DNA of 59,520 nucleotides from an uncultured Gaiellales bacterium (GTDB lineage: Bacteria; Actinomycetota; Thermoleophilia; RBG-16-64-13): NCBI GenBank assembly GCA_964423425.1, contig CAYRES010000004.1, positions 74,736 through 134,255 of the forward strand. Reading direction: 5' to 3'. Below are positions 59,049 through 59,520 of the stretch, piece after piece (the first letter of the stretch is position 1; each line of letters starts with the position of its first letter). The notes under the pieces are model-generated. The model searched no databases. It was not told where the DNA came from and worked only from the letters and a program-made list of their open reading frames with translations. Made by a program: the position numbers and the translations under genes.

Positions 59049-59520
59049 GTGACGAGGCCAGAGGCAGAGTCGAAGCCTGCCGCCGGGGCGGAGACCGCCC
59101 CCGGCGGGGCTGTGAACGTGCGGGTGAGTAGGAGGGCTTTGCACCGTGCTCCAGATACCGCCGGCCCCCTTCCCGCCTCGGCCGAGTACACGACCCCGTG
59201 GGGAACCGGGCGCGTCATCTCCTGGGAGGGCCGGCCGGTGGCGGTCGAGCTACCCGGCCGGGCGAGGGACGTCGGGGCCGGAGAGGCCGGCCGGCACAGC
59301 CCTGCGGTCGGCGACATCGAGGTGGCGGTTCTGTGGGCCTCCCGGCTGAGCGGCTTCTTCGCCGGCCGAGGACCTGCATGGAGTGCGGAGGACATCGACG
59401 TTGCCTCGTGGCTCGGCCAACCACCCGGCAGCTTCACCGTGCAGGTGTACGAGGTGCTCACGCGCGTCCCCGCCGGGACGGTGCTGTCGTACGGCGAGCT
59501 GGCTTGTCGTGCCGGCCGGC
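59049..59520 (+). CDS. ogt: Methylated-DNA--protein-cysteine methyltransferase (3' truncated by window edge)
   Basis: Not in the ORF track because it has no stop. The frame from GTG 59049 reads ...YTTPWGTG...FTVQVYEVLTRVPAGTVLSYGELACRAGR. Confidence 0.8.
   Translation, partial: MTRPEAESKPAAGAETAPGGAVNVRVSRRALHRAPDTAGPLPASAEYTTPWGTGRVISWEGRPVAVELPGRARDVGAGEAGRHSPAVGDIEVAVLWASRLSGFFAGRGPAWSAEDIDVASWLGQPPGSFTVQVYEVLTRVPAGTVLSYGELACRAGR

Overview
High-GC bacterial window, probably from an actinobacterium. A Thermoleophilia-like lineage is my inference from the gene set, the CIRCE-controlled groESL and the leaderless promoters. Positions 1-25.4 kb hold an accessory catabolic cluster that runs off the left edge. 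It encodes two ATP-dependent hydantoinase/oxoprolinase systems, two acyl-CoA ligases, a three-component biotin-dependent acyl-CoA carboxylase, a cyclic amidohydrolase, a three-subunit xanthine-dehydrogenase-family molybdoenzyme with a MoxR AAA+/vWA pair, a GAF-LuxR regulator, a racemase and a split B12-dependent acyl-CoA mutase. The mutase substrate-specificity residues match none of the characterised mutases I know. A TCACCC-N4-GGGTGA palindrome recurs upstream of the cluster's operons. The enzyme set parallels anaerobic indoleacetate degradation (Mo hydroxylase, ATP-dependent lactam hydrolysis, CoA activation, B12 mutase) but differs from it, and it is the best candidate here for an undescribed N-heterocycle catabolic pathway. 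Positions 25.5-59.5 kb are mostly housekeeping: arsM, arcC, an HPS-RraA fusion, udg-tsaE-tsaB-rimI-tsaD, groES-groEL, tldD/pmbA, pyrE, HU, pyrF, a D,D-carboxypeptidase, a PfkB kinase, guaA, rsfS, tRNA-Ala(GGC), uvrA, hflX, an M42 peptidase, fabI, uvrC and a partial ogt. No CRISPR array, transposase or integrase was seen. All calls come from motif recognition by eye, and no database search was run.
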